Origin: an uncultured Bacteroidales bacterium
GTDB taxonomy: Bacteria; Bacteroidota; Bacteroidia; Bacteroidales; UBA7960
Direction: 5' to 3'
Length of the DNA stretch: 58,872 nucleotides
Assembly (NCBI GenBank): GCA_964390665.1
Contig: CAYMLS010000001.1
Span: 1 to 58,872, forward strand
The position numbers and the translations under genes were made by a program. The notes below the pieces were generated by a model, which searched no databases, was not told the origin of the DNA, and was given only the letters and a program-made list of their open reading frames with translations. This document shows, piece by piece, positions 33,765 through 41,852 of this stretch (its first letter is position 1; the number at the start of each line of letters is the position of its first letter).

Positions 33765-35447
33765 ATGAAAACCCTTGTAAAAATCTTTTCCATTTCATTA
33801 TTGTTTTTCGCTTCCTGTTCAGGAAGTTATCATACCGCCAATGTGTATGACGACATTTATTACAGCCCCGAACAAGCCAAAGCAATAGCCGAGGAAAAAC
33901 AGGCCAATGAAGTTACTTCTGTAATCATAGAACCCGAACAACAAAGTGCACCAGCGGGTTCGCAATACGAACAAACCAACAACGATCAGCAATATTACTA
34001 TGAAGATTCGCTGGAATATGCCGGGCAAAATGCAAGACCAGCCGGAAGTGATTTTAACGATAACTATGTTGATGGTGAGTTTTACTATGACGATGAAGGA
34101 AACACCTATATCAATAACCATTATTATGACTATGCTTACTCTTCCAGGATAAGAAGGTTTCACAGAAACTATGCAAGTTTCGGATATTATGACCCCTGGT
34201 TTACCAACATGTACTGGTACAATTACGACCCCTACTATTACGGCGTAAGCCTTTATATGGGATATGGGGCATCATCCTTTTATTATCCGGGATTTTATTC
34301 AGGATTCTATAATTGGCATCCATACAGCTGGGGATTCCACCCCGGGGGATGGTCGCCATTTGGATATACTTACGGGTATGGTGGATATTGGTCAGGTTAT
34401 AATTATGGATTCTGGTCAGGATACAATGCTGGTTTGTGGGGTAGTCCTTTTTATGAATACCACTATAACAGCTACGACCCCAACAATTATTACTACGGAC
34501 ACAGGGGGTCTTTCGGCAGCACTACTGCACAAGGATCCAGACCTGCATCAGGAAGACACCAGAGTGGAGCCACCTTCGCAGAAATCTACGAATCATCAGA
34601 AAACCGTATCCAAAGACCGGATATGATCGCTCTGCAAACGCAGGAAAGGCAAAAAAGTACAACAACCCGTCAAACCAGAGAGAGCGATCGATCTATGACA
34701 AGAACCAGCGGTTCTGCAGGTGCACCTTCACGTACAAATGCTCAACCCGAGCGGATTGAGGAGAATACCCGCGGTAATGTTACAAGGGAAGGAAATATTT
34801 CCCAGGAGCGTGAAACGAAAACACAACCTGCCAATACACGTTATACGCCGCAGAGAACTCCTTCTGATTATCAAAATCCTGTAAGAAACAGGGTGGAAAG
34901 AAGTCAGACTCCACGGTACACCCGTCCGCCGCAAACAAGCAGGGTTAGAACAACCAGCGAAGGTGAAGTGCAAAGACCCCGTACCTATACGGCACCTGTT
35001 GAACGTCAACCCAGATCAAATCAGGAATATCGTCGTCCTTCGGGAGATCAGCGACCTTCTTCTGTAAACAGAGATAATCAGCAGCAGAGAAGACCAGCGG
35101 TAAACCAACAAAACAGACCCGCAAACCGTCCTGTTGCTGCGCCCCGGCCAACACAAACACGACCACAGGCAACACCGCAGAGAACACCCAATAACAACAG
35201 AAGAGCAGTTCCTGCCAGGACGCCTGCACGGCCACAGGCAACTCCTCAAAGAACGCCACAGAGAAGTACACCGAGCGCTTCCCCGTCAAGAACTCCCAGC
35301 AGAAGTACACCATCTTACAGTCGTCCTTCCTCTGGCAGCAGAAGCTCTGGAAGCAGCGTAAGAAGTTCTTCGCCCAGCCGTTCCTCTTCTCCTTCGAGAA
35401 GCAGTGGAAGCAGTTCTTCCAGAAGCAGTAGTGGAAGAAACCGTTGA
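33765..35447 (+). CDS. Low-complexity lipoprotein: Tyr/Gly/Trp-rich core and Pro/Arg/Thr/Gln/Ser-rich tail
   Basis: 560 aa. Lipobox LLFFASCSGS. Preceded by AAGGAGGA 7 nt upstream of the ATG. Strongly biased composition in one long frame. Confidence 0.7.
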   Translation: MKTLVKIFSISLLFFASCSGSYHTANVYDDIYYSPEQAKAIAEEKQANEVTSVIIEPEQQSAPAGSQYEQTNNDQQYYYEDSLEYAGQNARPAGSDFNDNYVDGEFYYDDEGNTYINNHYYDYAYSSRIRRFHRNYASFGYYDPWFTNMYWYNYDPYYYGVSLYMGYGASSFYYPGFYSGFYNWHPYSWGFHPGGWSPFGYTYGYGGYWSGYNYGFWSGYNAGLWGSPFYEYHYNSYDPNNYYYGHRGSFGSTTAQGSRPASGRHQSGATFAEIYESSENRIQRPDMIALQTQERQKSTTTRQTRESDRSMTRTSGSAGAPSRTNAQPERIEENTRGNVTREGNISQERETKTQPANTRYTPQRTPSDYQNPVRNRVERSQTPRYTRPPQTSRVRTTSEGEVQRPRTYTAPVERQPRSNQEYRRPSGDQRPSSVNRDNQQQRRPAVNQQNRPANRPVAAPRPTQTRPQATPQRTPNNNRRAVPARTPARPQATPQRTPQRSTPSASPSRTPSRSTPSYSRPSSGSRSSGSSVRSSSPSRSSSPSRSSGSSSSRSSSGRNR

Positions 35448-35652
35448 TCCCGGATATCCTATCCTCAACATTATATAACCTTCTCCCTCTTCCCCTCGCG
35501 GGAAGAGGGTATTGAAAATATTCTTTTGAACCGGTTTTATCCTGGTAAAAGAGAAATCTTCCTTGCCTTATCTTGTTGATACAACAGATTGATCGTACCT
35601 TTTTACTGAAATTGCAACCAAAATTCGAAAACCAACGAAAAAACTCAAAGAC

Positions 35653-37104
35653 ATGAAATACAGAATTTTAATCATTGCTTTTATTGCTGTGCTCTCTGCT
35701 TTTCCTTCCCATGGACAAAATGAGATGGATGCATTGCGGTATTCATTTATAACCCCGGGCGGAACAGCCAGATTTGTGAGCATGGGTGGAGCGTTTGGAG
35801 CGCTGGGAGGAGATTTTTCATCTCTGAGTACCAACCCTGCAGGCATTGGGGTATACAGATCCAATGAATTCACCATTACTCCCTCTCTGAACTTTGCCGA
35901 GGTGGGTTCTTCCTATTATGGCAATTCTGAGGAAGACATCAAGTATAATTTCAATGTAGGAAACATAGGTCTTGTATTTGCATTTACCGAACCCAACCAA
36001 TTAAAAGAATCAGGATGGATGGGTTTTCAGATCGGTTTGGGCATCAACAGACACGCCAATTTCAACAACAGAAGAATTTATGAAGGTTTCAATCCCGGAA
36101 GCTCATTGATGACAGACTACCTTCAACGGGCAAATATGGATGGCGCTCCTACCAATCCGGCAGAAAACCTGGATCCCTTTACTACTGGGTTGGCCTGGGA
36201 GACCTTTTTACTGGATACCCTTGGCGGTGAATATTTTGTAGATATGGAAAACGGCAACGTTTTGCAAAGACGGGAAACCAATACCAGCGGATCGGTAAGA
36301 GAAATTGTATTTACCCTGGGTACGAATTACAGTAACCGCCTGTATTTGGGCGCAACATTCGGTTTCCCTACCGTCCGGTTTCAGGAAGAATACATTTATA
36401 CAGAACAAGACTCACAAGGTTCGGATGAGTTTTTCAATTCACTGGAATACACCGAAACCATCGATACAAGGGGAACAGGATTTAATTTTAAACTGGGAGC
36501 AATTTTCAGGGCCAATGACATGATAAGACTTGGAGCGGCGGTTCATACCCCCACATTTTATGAACTGGAAGATGAATGGGATACAGAAATGCGTTCAGAT
36601 TTAAGCTTCGGAAATTATGAACAAACCAGTCCTCAGGGCAGACATGCCTACGAATTAAACACACCCCTGAAACTGCTCGGTAGTCTGGGTCTGGTAATGG
36701 GTACACGTGGTATTCTGAGTTTTGATTATGAATATGCAGATTACACCCAAATGCGATTAAGAAGCAGTGACTACATGTTTTCCGATGAGAATAATACCAT
36801 CAAAGAAAGTTTTCAATCGCAGCACAACCTCAGAGCAGGAGGCGAGATCAGGTTTAATCCCATTATTTTACGGGCAGGTTATTCACTGCATACCAACCCT
36901 TACAAAGAAGGGATCAACAACCTAGAAAAAAGCACCATCAGTGCAGGCTTTGGAATACGCGACAAAAACTTTTTTGTGGATTTCGGATATTTTATCACAC
37001 AATATTCCGAAGACTTTTTCCCTTATTCTGCTGACCTTGTGCAACCTGTTGAATACGATTATACCTATAACGGATTTATGATGACACTTGGATTCAGGTT
37101 CTGA
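35653..37104 (+). CDS. Outer-membrane beta-barrel protein (FadL/OMPP1-like, tentative)
   Basis: 483 aa. Signal ending SHGQ, a GGAFGALGGDFSSLSTNPAGIG motif, and a C-terminal MMTLGFRF aromatic terminus. Confidence 0.7.
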   Translation: MKYRILIIAFIAVLSAFPSHGQNEMDALRYSFITPGGTARFVSMGGAFGALGGDFSSLSTNPAGIGVYRSNEFTITPSLNFAEVGSSYYGNSEEDIKYNFNVGNIGLVFAFTEPNQLKESGWMGFQIGLGINRHANFNNRRIYEGFNPGSSLMTDYLQRANMDGAPTNPAENLDPFTTGLAWETFLLDTLGGEYFVDMENGNVLQRRETNTSGSVREIVFTLGTNYSNRLYLGATFGFPTVRFQEEYIYTEQDSQGSDEFFNSLEYTETIDTRGTGFNFKLGAIFRANDMIRLGAAVHTPTFYELEDEWDTEMRSDLSFGNYEQTSPQGRHAYELNTPLKLLGSLGLVMGTRGILSFDYEYADYTQMRLRSSDYMFSDENNTIKESFQSQHNLRAGGEIRFNPIILRAGYSLHTNPYKEGINNLEKSTISAGFGIRDKNFFVDFGYFITQYSEDFFPYSADLVQPVEYDYTYNGFMMTLGFRF

Positions 37105-37143
37105 TCAAAGAAATAATATATCTCCCCTGTTTTTTATTCGCAT

Positions 37144-37181
37144 AAAAAAGGCAGGTTTCCATCGGAAGCCTGCCTTTTTTT
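37144..37181. terminator. Bidirectional intrinsic terminator between convergent genes
   Basis: A6-GGCAGGtTTCC-atc-GGAAgCCTGCC-T7. Confidence 0.75.
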
Positions 37182-37220
37182 AGGTGGGTGGGTATACCTA
37201 CTATAATATTTTTCGGATGA

Positions 37221-38066
37221 CTATATTTGAATATCCTCTACAATTTCAGGATCAAGAAGAATTCGTCCACAATACTCACACACAATGATTTTTTTATTGA
37301 GTCGAATATCCAATTGTCTCTGCGGAGGTATTTTATTGAAGCAACCGCCGCAGGCATCCCTTTCTACGGGTACCACTGCGAGCCCATTGCGCGCATTGTC
37401 TCTGATTCTTTTGTAGGCAGAGAGCAATCTTTCCTCAATATTGCTTTCCTGTTGTCTCGATTTTTCTTTCAAAACCTCTTCCTCTTTCTGGGTTTCTTTC
37501 ACAATATCTTCGAGCTCTTTTTGTTTCACATCCAGGTCTTTTTCTCTTTCCTGAAGTTCTTTAAAAGCGATATCCACCAAATTTTGCTTATTTTCAATAT
37601 CGTTTTGGAACTCTTTGATCTTTTTCTCTGCCAGTTGCATTTCCAGGCTCTGATATTCAATCTCTTTACTCAATGAATCATATTCGCGGTTGTTGCGAAC
37701 ATTCATTTGCTGCGCCTCGTACTTTTTGAGTAATTCCTGACTTTCCTTGATGGCATTTTGCTTTCCGGTAATTTCCATTTCCAGATCGGAGATATCCTGC
37801 TTGTATTTATTCACACGCGTTTCCAATCCCTGAATTTCATCTTCCAGGTCCTGCACTTCAAGTGGCAATTCTCCCCTGATGATTCTGATCTTGTCAACCT
37901 GTGCATCGATCGTTTGCAAGGAATACAAACTAATCAGTTTTTTCTTCACTATCGACTCTACACTATCGTCGGTAGACTTATCCATTGCCGATGTGGTCGT
38001 TACAATTTCAGGATCTTCAACTGCAGGTTTTGTTACTTTACTTTCTGAAACTTTATCTTTGGCCAT
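37221..38066 (-). CDS. Coiled-coil protein with a C-terminal C4 zinc ribbon (COG1579/DUF164 type)
   Basis: 281 aa, long coiled coil, CGGCFNKIPPQ...CEYCGRIL. This is the classic partner gene downstream of Nif3. Confidence 0.8.
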   Translation of the reverse strand: MAKDKVSESKVTKPAVEDPEIVTTTSAMDKSTDDSVESIVKKKLISLYSLQTIDAQVDKIRIIRGELPLEVQDLEDEIQGLETRVNKYKQDISDLEMEITGKQNAIKESQELLKKYEAQQMNVRNNREYDSLSKEIEYQSLEMQLAEKKIKEFQNDIENKQNLVDIAFKELQEREKDLDVKQKELEDIVKETQKEEEVLKEKSRQQESNIEERLLSAYKRIRDNARNGLAVVPVERDACGGCFNKIPPQRQLDIRLNKKIIVCEYCGRILLDPEIVEDIQI

Positions 38067-38098
38067 AATACGTATTTATTTGACTGATTTTCTTTGAA

Positions 38099-39193
38099 TT
38101 AAAAATAATGGACCGGATTGGTACTGTGTTTTGAAATTTGGAGTGCAAAGTTAGCAAATTTTTCCTTTAATAATTCAACTAATATTTCGGTCGTAAATTG
38201 TTCACTTTCATAATGTCCCACATCTGCCACAAGCATCTGATGCTGGTATTCAAAAAACTCATGAAACTTTATATCTGCCGTAAGAAATGCATCCGCCCCG
38301 CTTCGAAAAGCAGCATCCATTAAAAAACTACCGCTTCCTCCACAAATGGCAATTTTTTTCAGTTTTCTGTCAGAAAAACCATTATGCCGTACCACAGGAA
38401 CATGCAAAACTTTTTTTACCTGTTCTAAGAACAACATTTCAGGCATTTCTTCATCCAGGAAACCGGCCATGCCTCCTCCTGTTTTTTCATGTTTGTTCTC
38501 AAGCGGATAAATATCAAAAGCCACTTCTTCGTAAGGGTGAGCATTGATCATAGCATCTACCACCTGCGACTGTATAAATTCAGGAAAAATGGTTTCCACC
38601 CTGATTTCTTTTTCATAATGAACTTCTCCAATTTTCCCTACAAAAGGGTTGGATTGGTCTCCGGCTCTAAAACTACCCGTTCCTTCCAAATTAAAACTAC
38701 AACAGTCATAATCGCCAATATATCCGGCACCAGCGCTGAATATAGCATCCCGGACTTTACCGGCATGATCAGCAGGACAAAAAACAACCAGCTTTTTTAG
38801 TATCCCGGGTTTTGGGTCGAGAACAGATAAATCCGACAGACCAAGTTTTTCCGCCAACTTACGGTTCACTCCCGTTTTCACGAAATCAAGGTTGGTATGT
38901 ACCGACAAAAGTGCAATATCATTTTGAATCGCTTTCACAAGGGTCCTTTGGGTATAATGACCTCCTGTAATACTTTTCATCCCCTTAAAAAGCAACGGAT
39001 GGTGTGAAATAATAAGATCAGACCCCGTGTTTTTGGCTTCTTCTACGATTTTTTCAGTAATATCAACACAAACCAATCCTTTGTGTATCTCCTTATCCGG
39101 ATCTCCATACTGGATACCAGAATTATCATATCCCTCCTGAAGAGAAAAGGGTGCAAACTGATCAACTGCGGAAACAATTTCCTTAAGATTCAT
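38099..39193 (-). CDS. Nif3-family dinuclear-metal-centre protein (GTP cyclohydrolase 1 type 2 homolog)
   Basis: 364 aa with YDNSGIQYG, LIISHHPLLF and a C-terminal HYESEQF motif. Confidence 0.88.
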   Translation of the reverse strand: MNLKEIVSAVDQFAPFSLQEGYDNSGIQYGDPDKEIHKGLVCVDITEKIVEEAKNTGSDLIISHHPLLFKGMKSITGGHYTQRTLVKAIQNDIALLSVHTNLDFVKTGVNRKLAEKLGLSDLSVLDPKPGILKKLVVFCPADHAGKVRDAIFSAGAGYIGDYDCCSFNLEGTGSFRAGDQSNPFVGKIGEVHYEKEIRVETIFPEFIQSQVVDAMINAHPYEEVAFDIYPLENKHEKTGGGMAGFLDEEMPEMLFLEQVKKVLHVPVVRHNGFSDRKLKKIAICGGSGSFLMDAAFRSGADAFLTADIKFHEFFEYQHQMLVADVGHYESEQFTTEILVELLKEKFANFALQISKHSTNPVHYF

Positions 39194-39420
39194 GTGTCTG
39201 AATTTTGTTTTTTAATGGTCACATGAAATGTCCGTTAATGGTCATCCTTCTGTGTATGAAGGAAATCATCCTGGATGCTTCATATGATTTCATTTTATTT
39301 TTGGTTGTCTTCCCCTAAAATGAGGATTTCGCGATGATTCTTTGAAAGGGGAAGTCAATGTTGGCAGACTCAACCGATGTTGGTTGTTTCAATGTCCCAT
39401 ATGTTCGGTTCGTATTATTC
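39188..39420 (-). repeat. Conserved intergenic element, copy F (rearranged/expanded, degenerate)
   Basis: The left end TTCATGTGTCTGAATTTTGTTTTTTAATGGTC resembles TTCATCTGTTTAAAATTTGATTAATTCGGT. The right end GTCAATGTTGG...TTTCAATG...GTTCGGTTCGT resembles copy E. The middle is different and carries an 8-bp long-range stem CTTCCCCT/AGGGGAAG. Confidence 0.4.
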
Positions 39421-39573
39421 TTCTATGAAAACAGCATATTTTTCAGATTGTTCTGACGATCACAAATTTTGAAACAAAAGATTTTTTGTGAAACTACTGC
39501 AAAAACAGATTAAAGAAATAAATGCCAATATATCTGTAAAGAGGTGAAATCGATGAGTGAAGTCCCCAAACGA

Positions 39574-40596
39574 TCAGATCACATTCACTTCCTTTTCCAA
39601 TACAATATTGAACTTATCTTTTACGCTCAAAACGATTTCATTGGCAAGTTGAAGAATTTCTTTTCCCGTTGCTTTGCCATAGTTCACCAAAACAAGGGGT
39701 TGTTTGTCATGCACTCCTGCATCTTTTCTTCGAAATCCCTTCCAACCGGTTTTTTCAATCAAAAAAGCAGCAGGGATTTTCATCTTATCCTGGTCAAGGG
39801 TATAAAAAGGTATATCGGGAACAATACTTTGTAAACGGAGGATTTCTTTTCTGGCAACAACGGGGTTTTTAAAAAAACTGCCTGCATTGCCTGTCACCTC
39901 AGGATCAGGCAATTTGCTTCTTCTGATCTTCCTGATAATATTTGCTATATCTGCTATTGTGGGATGAACGATACGGGATTTTTCCAGTTCCTGTTCAATA
40001 CCGGCATAACCTGTTTTCAGAAAATGATTATTTTTTGTAAGCCGAAAAGTGACCGAAAGAATGATAAACTTATTTTTGCCCTCCTGTTTGAAAAAACTGT
40101 CCCGATATCCAAATCTGCAATCTTCATGAAAAAAAACATGAACTTTCCCTGTTTGAACTTCAAGTGCTTCCAATGAATAGAAAACATCCCTGATCTCCAC
40201 ACCATAAGCCCCGATATTTTGCATGGGTGCAGTACCGGTATTTCCAGGGATTAAAGTCAGGTTTTCCAAACCTCCCCAATGATTAGCGATAGCAAATTCC
40301 ACAAAACCTTCCCAATTTTCTCCTGCCATCACTTTCACATAGATGTCACGGGCACTCTCTTTGACAACAGAAATACCTTTGATATTTATTTGAAGGGTAA
40401 GTCCCGGGATTTTTTTTGTTAACAGCACATTGCTACCACCACCAAGAATCATCAGCGGTGTTTCATTTCCCTTTTCCTGTAGTGCAGTTTTCAGTTTCTC
40501 TACAGAATCAATACAGGCAAAACGGGAAGATTTTGCTTCTATGCCAAAAGTATTCAAGTTTCTGAGCGAAACATCCTTTTCAAACATCATCATCAT
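39574..40596 (-). CDS. murB: UDP-N-acetylenolpyruvoylglucosamine reductase
   Basis: 340 aa with ILGGGSNVLL, a FAD-binding domain and GNAGSFFKNP. Confidence 0.9.
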   Translation of the reverse strand: MMMMFEKDVSLRNLNTFGIEAKSSRFACIDSVEKLKTALQEKGNETPLMILGGGSNVLLTKKIPGLTLQINIKGISVVKESARDIYVKVMAGENWEGFVEFAIANHWGGLENLTLIPGNTGTAPMQNIGAYGVEIRDVFYSLEALEVQTGKVHVFFHEDCRFGYRDSFFKQEGKNKFIILSVTFRLTKNNHFLKTGYAGIEQELEKSRIVHPTIADIANIIRKIRRSKLPDPEVTGNAGSFFKNPVVARKEILRLQSIVPDIPFYTLDQDKMKIPAAFLIEKTGWKGFRRKDAGVHDKQPLVLVNYGKATGKEILQLANEIVLSVKDKFNIVLEKEVNVI

Positions 40597-40700
40597 CTAT
40601 CACAGGTAATACCTTGCCAAAACATCCATAATTTCACTAATAAACTCCGGTGGGTATCGGTTATAATGATAAACCCAAAAGCCTACGATCATCAGTAAAA

Positions 40701-41300
40701 TCAACGCGTAAGGATGATCGATTTTTCCTCAACAAGTTTCCGGAGATTGATCAGCGCATATCTCATTCTTCCCAACGCTGTATTGATACTAACGTTGGTC
40801 TGTTCGGCAATTTCCTTAAAACTCATATCACCGTAATGCCTCATTTTGAGTACCTCTTTCTGTTCATGAGGCAAATAATCGATCAAAGATTTCACATCAC
40901 GATGTATTTGTTCAACAATCATTTTGTCTTCGATGGTTTGATCAAAAACCTTCAAAGTTTCAAAAATATCGTAATCCTCGCCATTGTCAACAACAGGCAT
41001 TCTTTTTGATTTTCTGAAAAAATCAATGGTTAAGTTGTGAGCAATTCGCATTACCCAGGGCAGGAATTTTCCTTCTTCATTGTAAGCACCTGCTTTTAAG
41101 GTATTGATAACCTTAATAAAGGTATCCTGAAATACATCCTCGGCAACCTGCTTATCTTTAACGATAAGAAAGATGTATGAAAAGATTTTTTTCTGATGTC
41201 TTTTGATTAAAGATTCCAGTGAAGAGTGGTCACCCTCAATGTATTGGCGAACTAACTCCTGATCGCTAATTGCATGGTCATTCATAATAATGGCCTCCAT
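40701..41300 (-). CDS. RNA polymerase sigma-70 family factor (ECF-like, regions 2 and 4)
   Basis: 199 aa. Region 2 (DVFQDTFIKV...WVMRIAHNLTIDFFRK) and region 4 HTH (MSFKEIAEQTNVSINTALGRMRYA). No anti-sigma gene is adjacent. Confidence 0.85.
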   Translation of the reverse strand: MEAIIMNDHAISDQELVRQYIEGDHSSLESLIKRHQKKIFSYIFLIVKDKQVAEDVFQDTFIKVINTLKAGAYNEEGKFLPWVMRIAHNLTIDFFRKSKRMPVVDNGEDYDIFETLKVFDQTIEDKMIVEQIHRDVKSLIDYLPHEQKEVLKMRHYGDMSFKEIAEQTNVSINTALGRMRYALINLRKLVEEKSIILTR

Positions 41301-41549
41301 ATTTGTGATTAAATCAAGAGTAAAGTTTATCCTATAATGCGCCTCCTATTGTTTTGGGTGAATAAATCAATTATTTGGATTGGATTTTTTGCCGGATTTA
41401 TTTCCACAAATATAAATCATTTTTTTTATTCAACAATACCAATCGTTGTTTTCTTTTTTGATTTACCAATCAACAAAAAACATTCCACAATCTTTTATTG
41501 TCATGATTATTCTCAAAAAAAGATAAATATTATTGAATATTTCTTTGTT

Positions 41550-41740
41550 TTCATCTGAAAAACCGATTAATGAATGAATTACCGGATCAAAGATTGTCTC
41601 TTTTTGTCTGATTATAATTTGTCTTTCAATTTTTCAACGAGAGAGATCGCCAACAGGTTGCCTGCATGCTTTACCATGTCGCTATTTACAATCATCCACG
41701 CGTGTGTCAAAATTTTTGTCATGGCCCGGCTCAACCTACC
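41550..41740 (-). repeat. Conserved intergenic element, copy D (between the sigma-factor gene and uvrA)
   Basis: The core 41631-41740 is close to copy A. The gene-proximal module (TTAATC...CAGATGAA) is displaced by a roughly 45-nt insert. Confidence 0.7.
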
Positions 41741-41822
41741 CAAAAAAGTCTTTGGGGAATTTATTTTTTTGAACATTTGACAACAAAGTTTACTTAAGGT
41801 AAAAGTTTTGCCATGATAATGG

Positions 41823-41830
41823 TAATTTTG
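41823..41830 (+). promoter_or_regulatory. Bacteroidota -7 promoter box (TAnnTTTG) upstream of uvrA
   Basis: TAATTTTG lies 22 nt upstream of the uvrA ATG. No well-spaced -33 TTTG was found, so support is weak. Confidence 0.3.
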
Positions 41831-41852
41831 CAGAAAATACGATAGTGATACA

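Noticed and set aside
34945-35313. Long antisense and alternative-frame ORFs inside the low-complexity gene (34945..35313 -, 35016..35249 -, 35134..35361 +, 35286..35471 -)
   Set aside because: They are artefacts of the GC-rich, repeat-like coding sequence on the plus strand. Their translations are Arg/Cys/Leu-rich nonsense.
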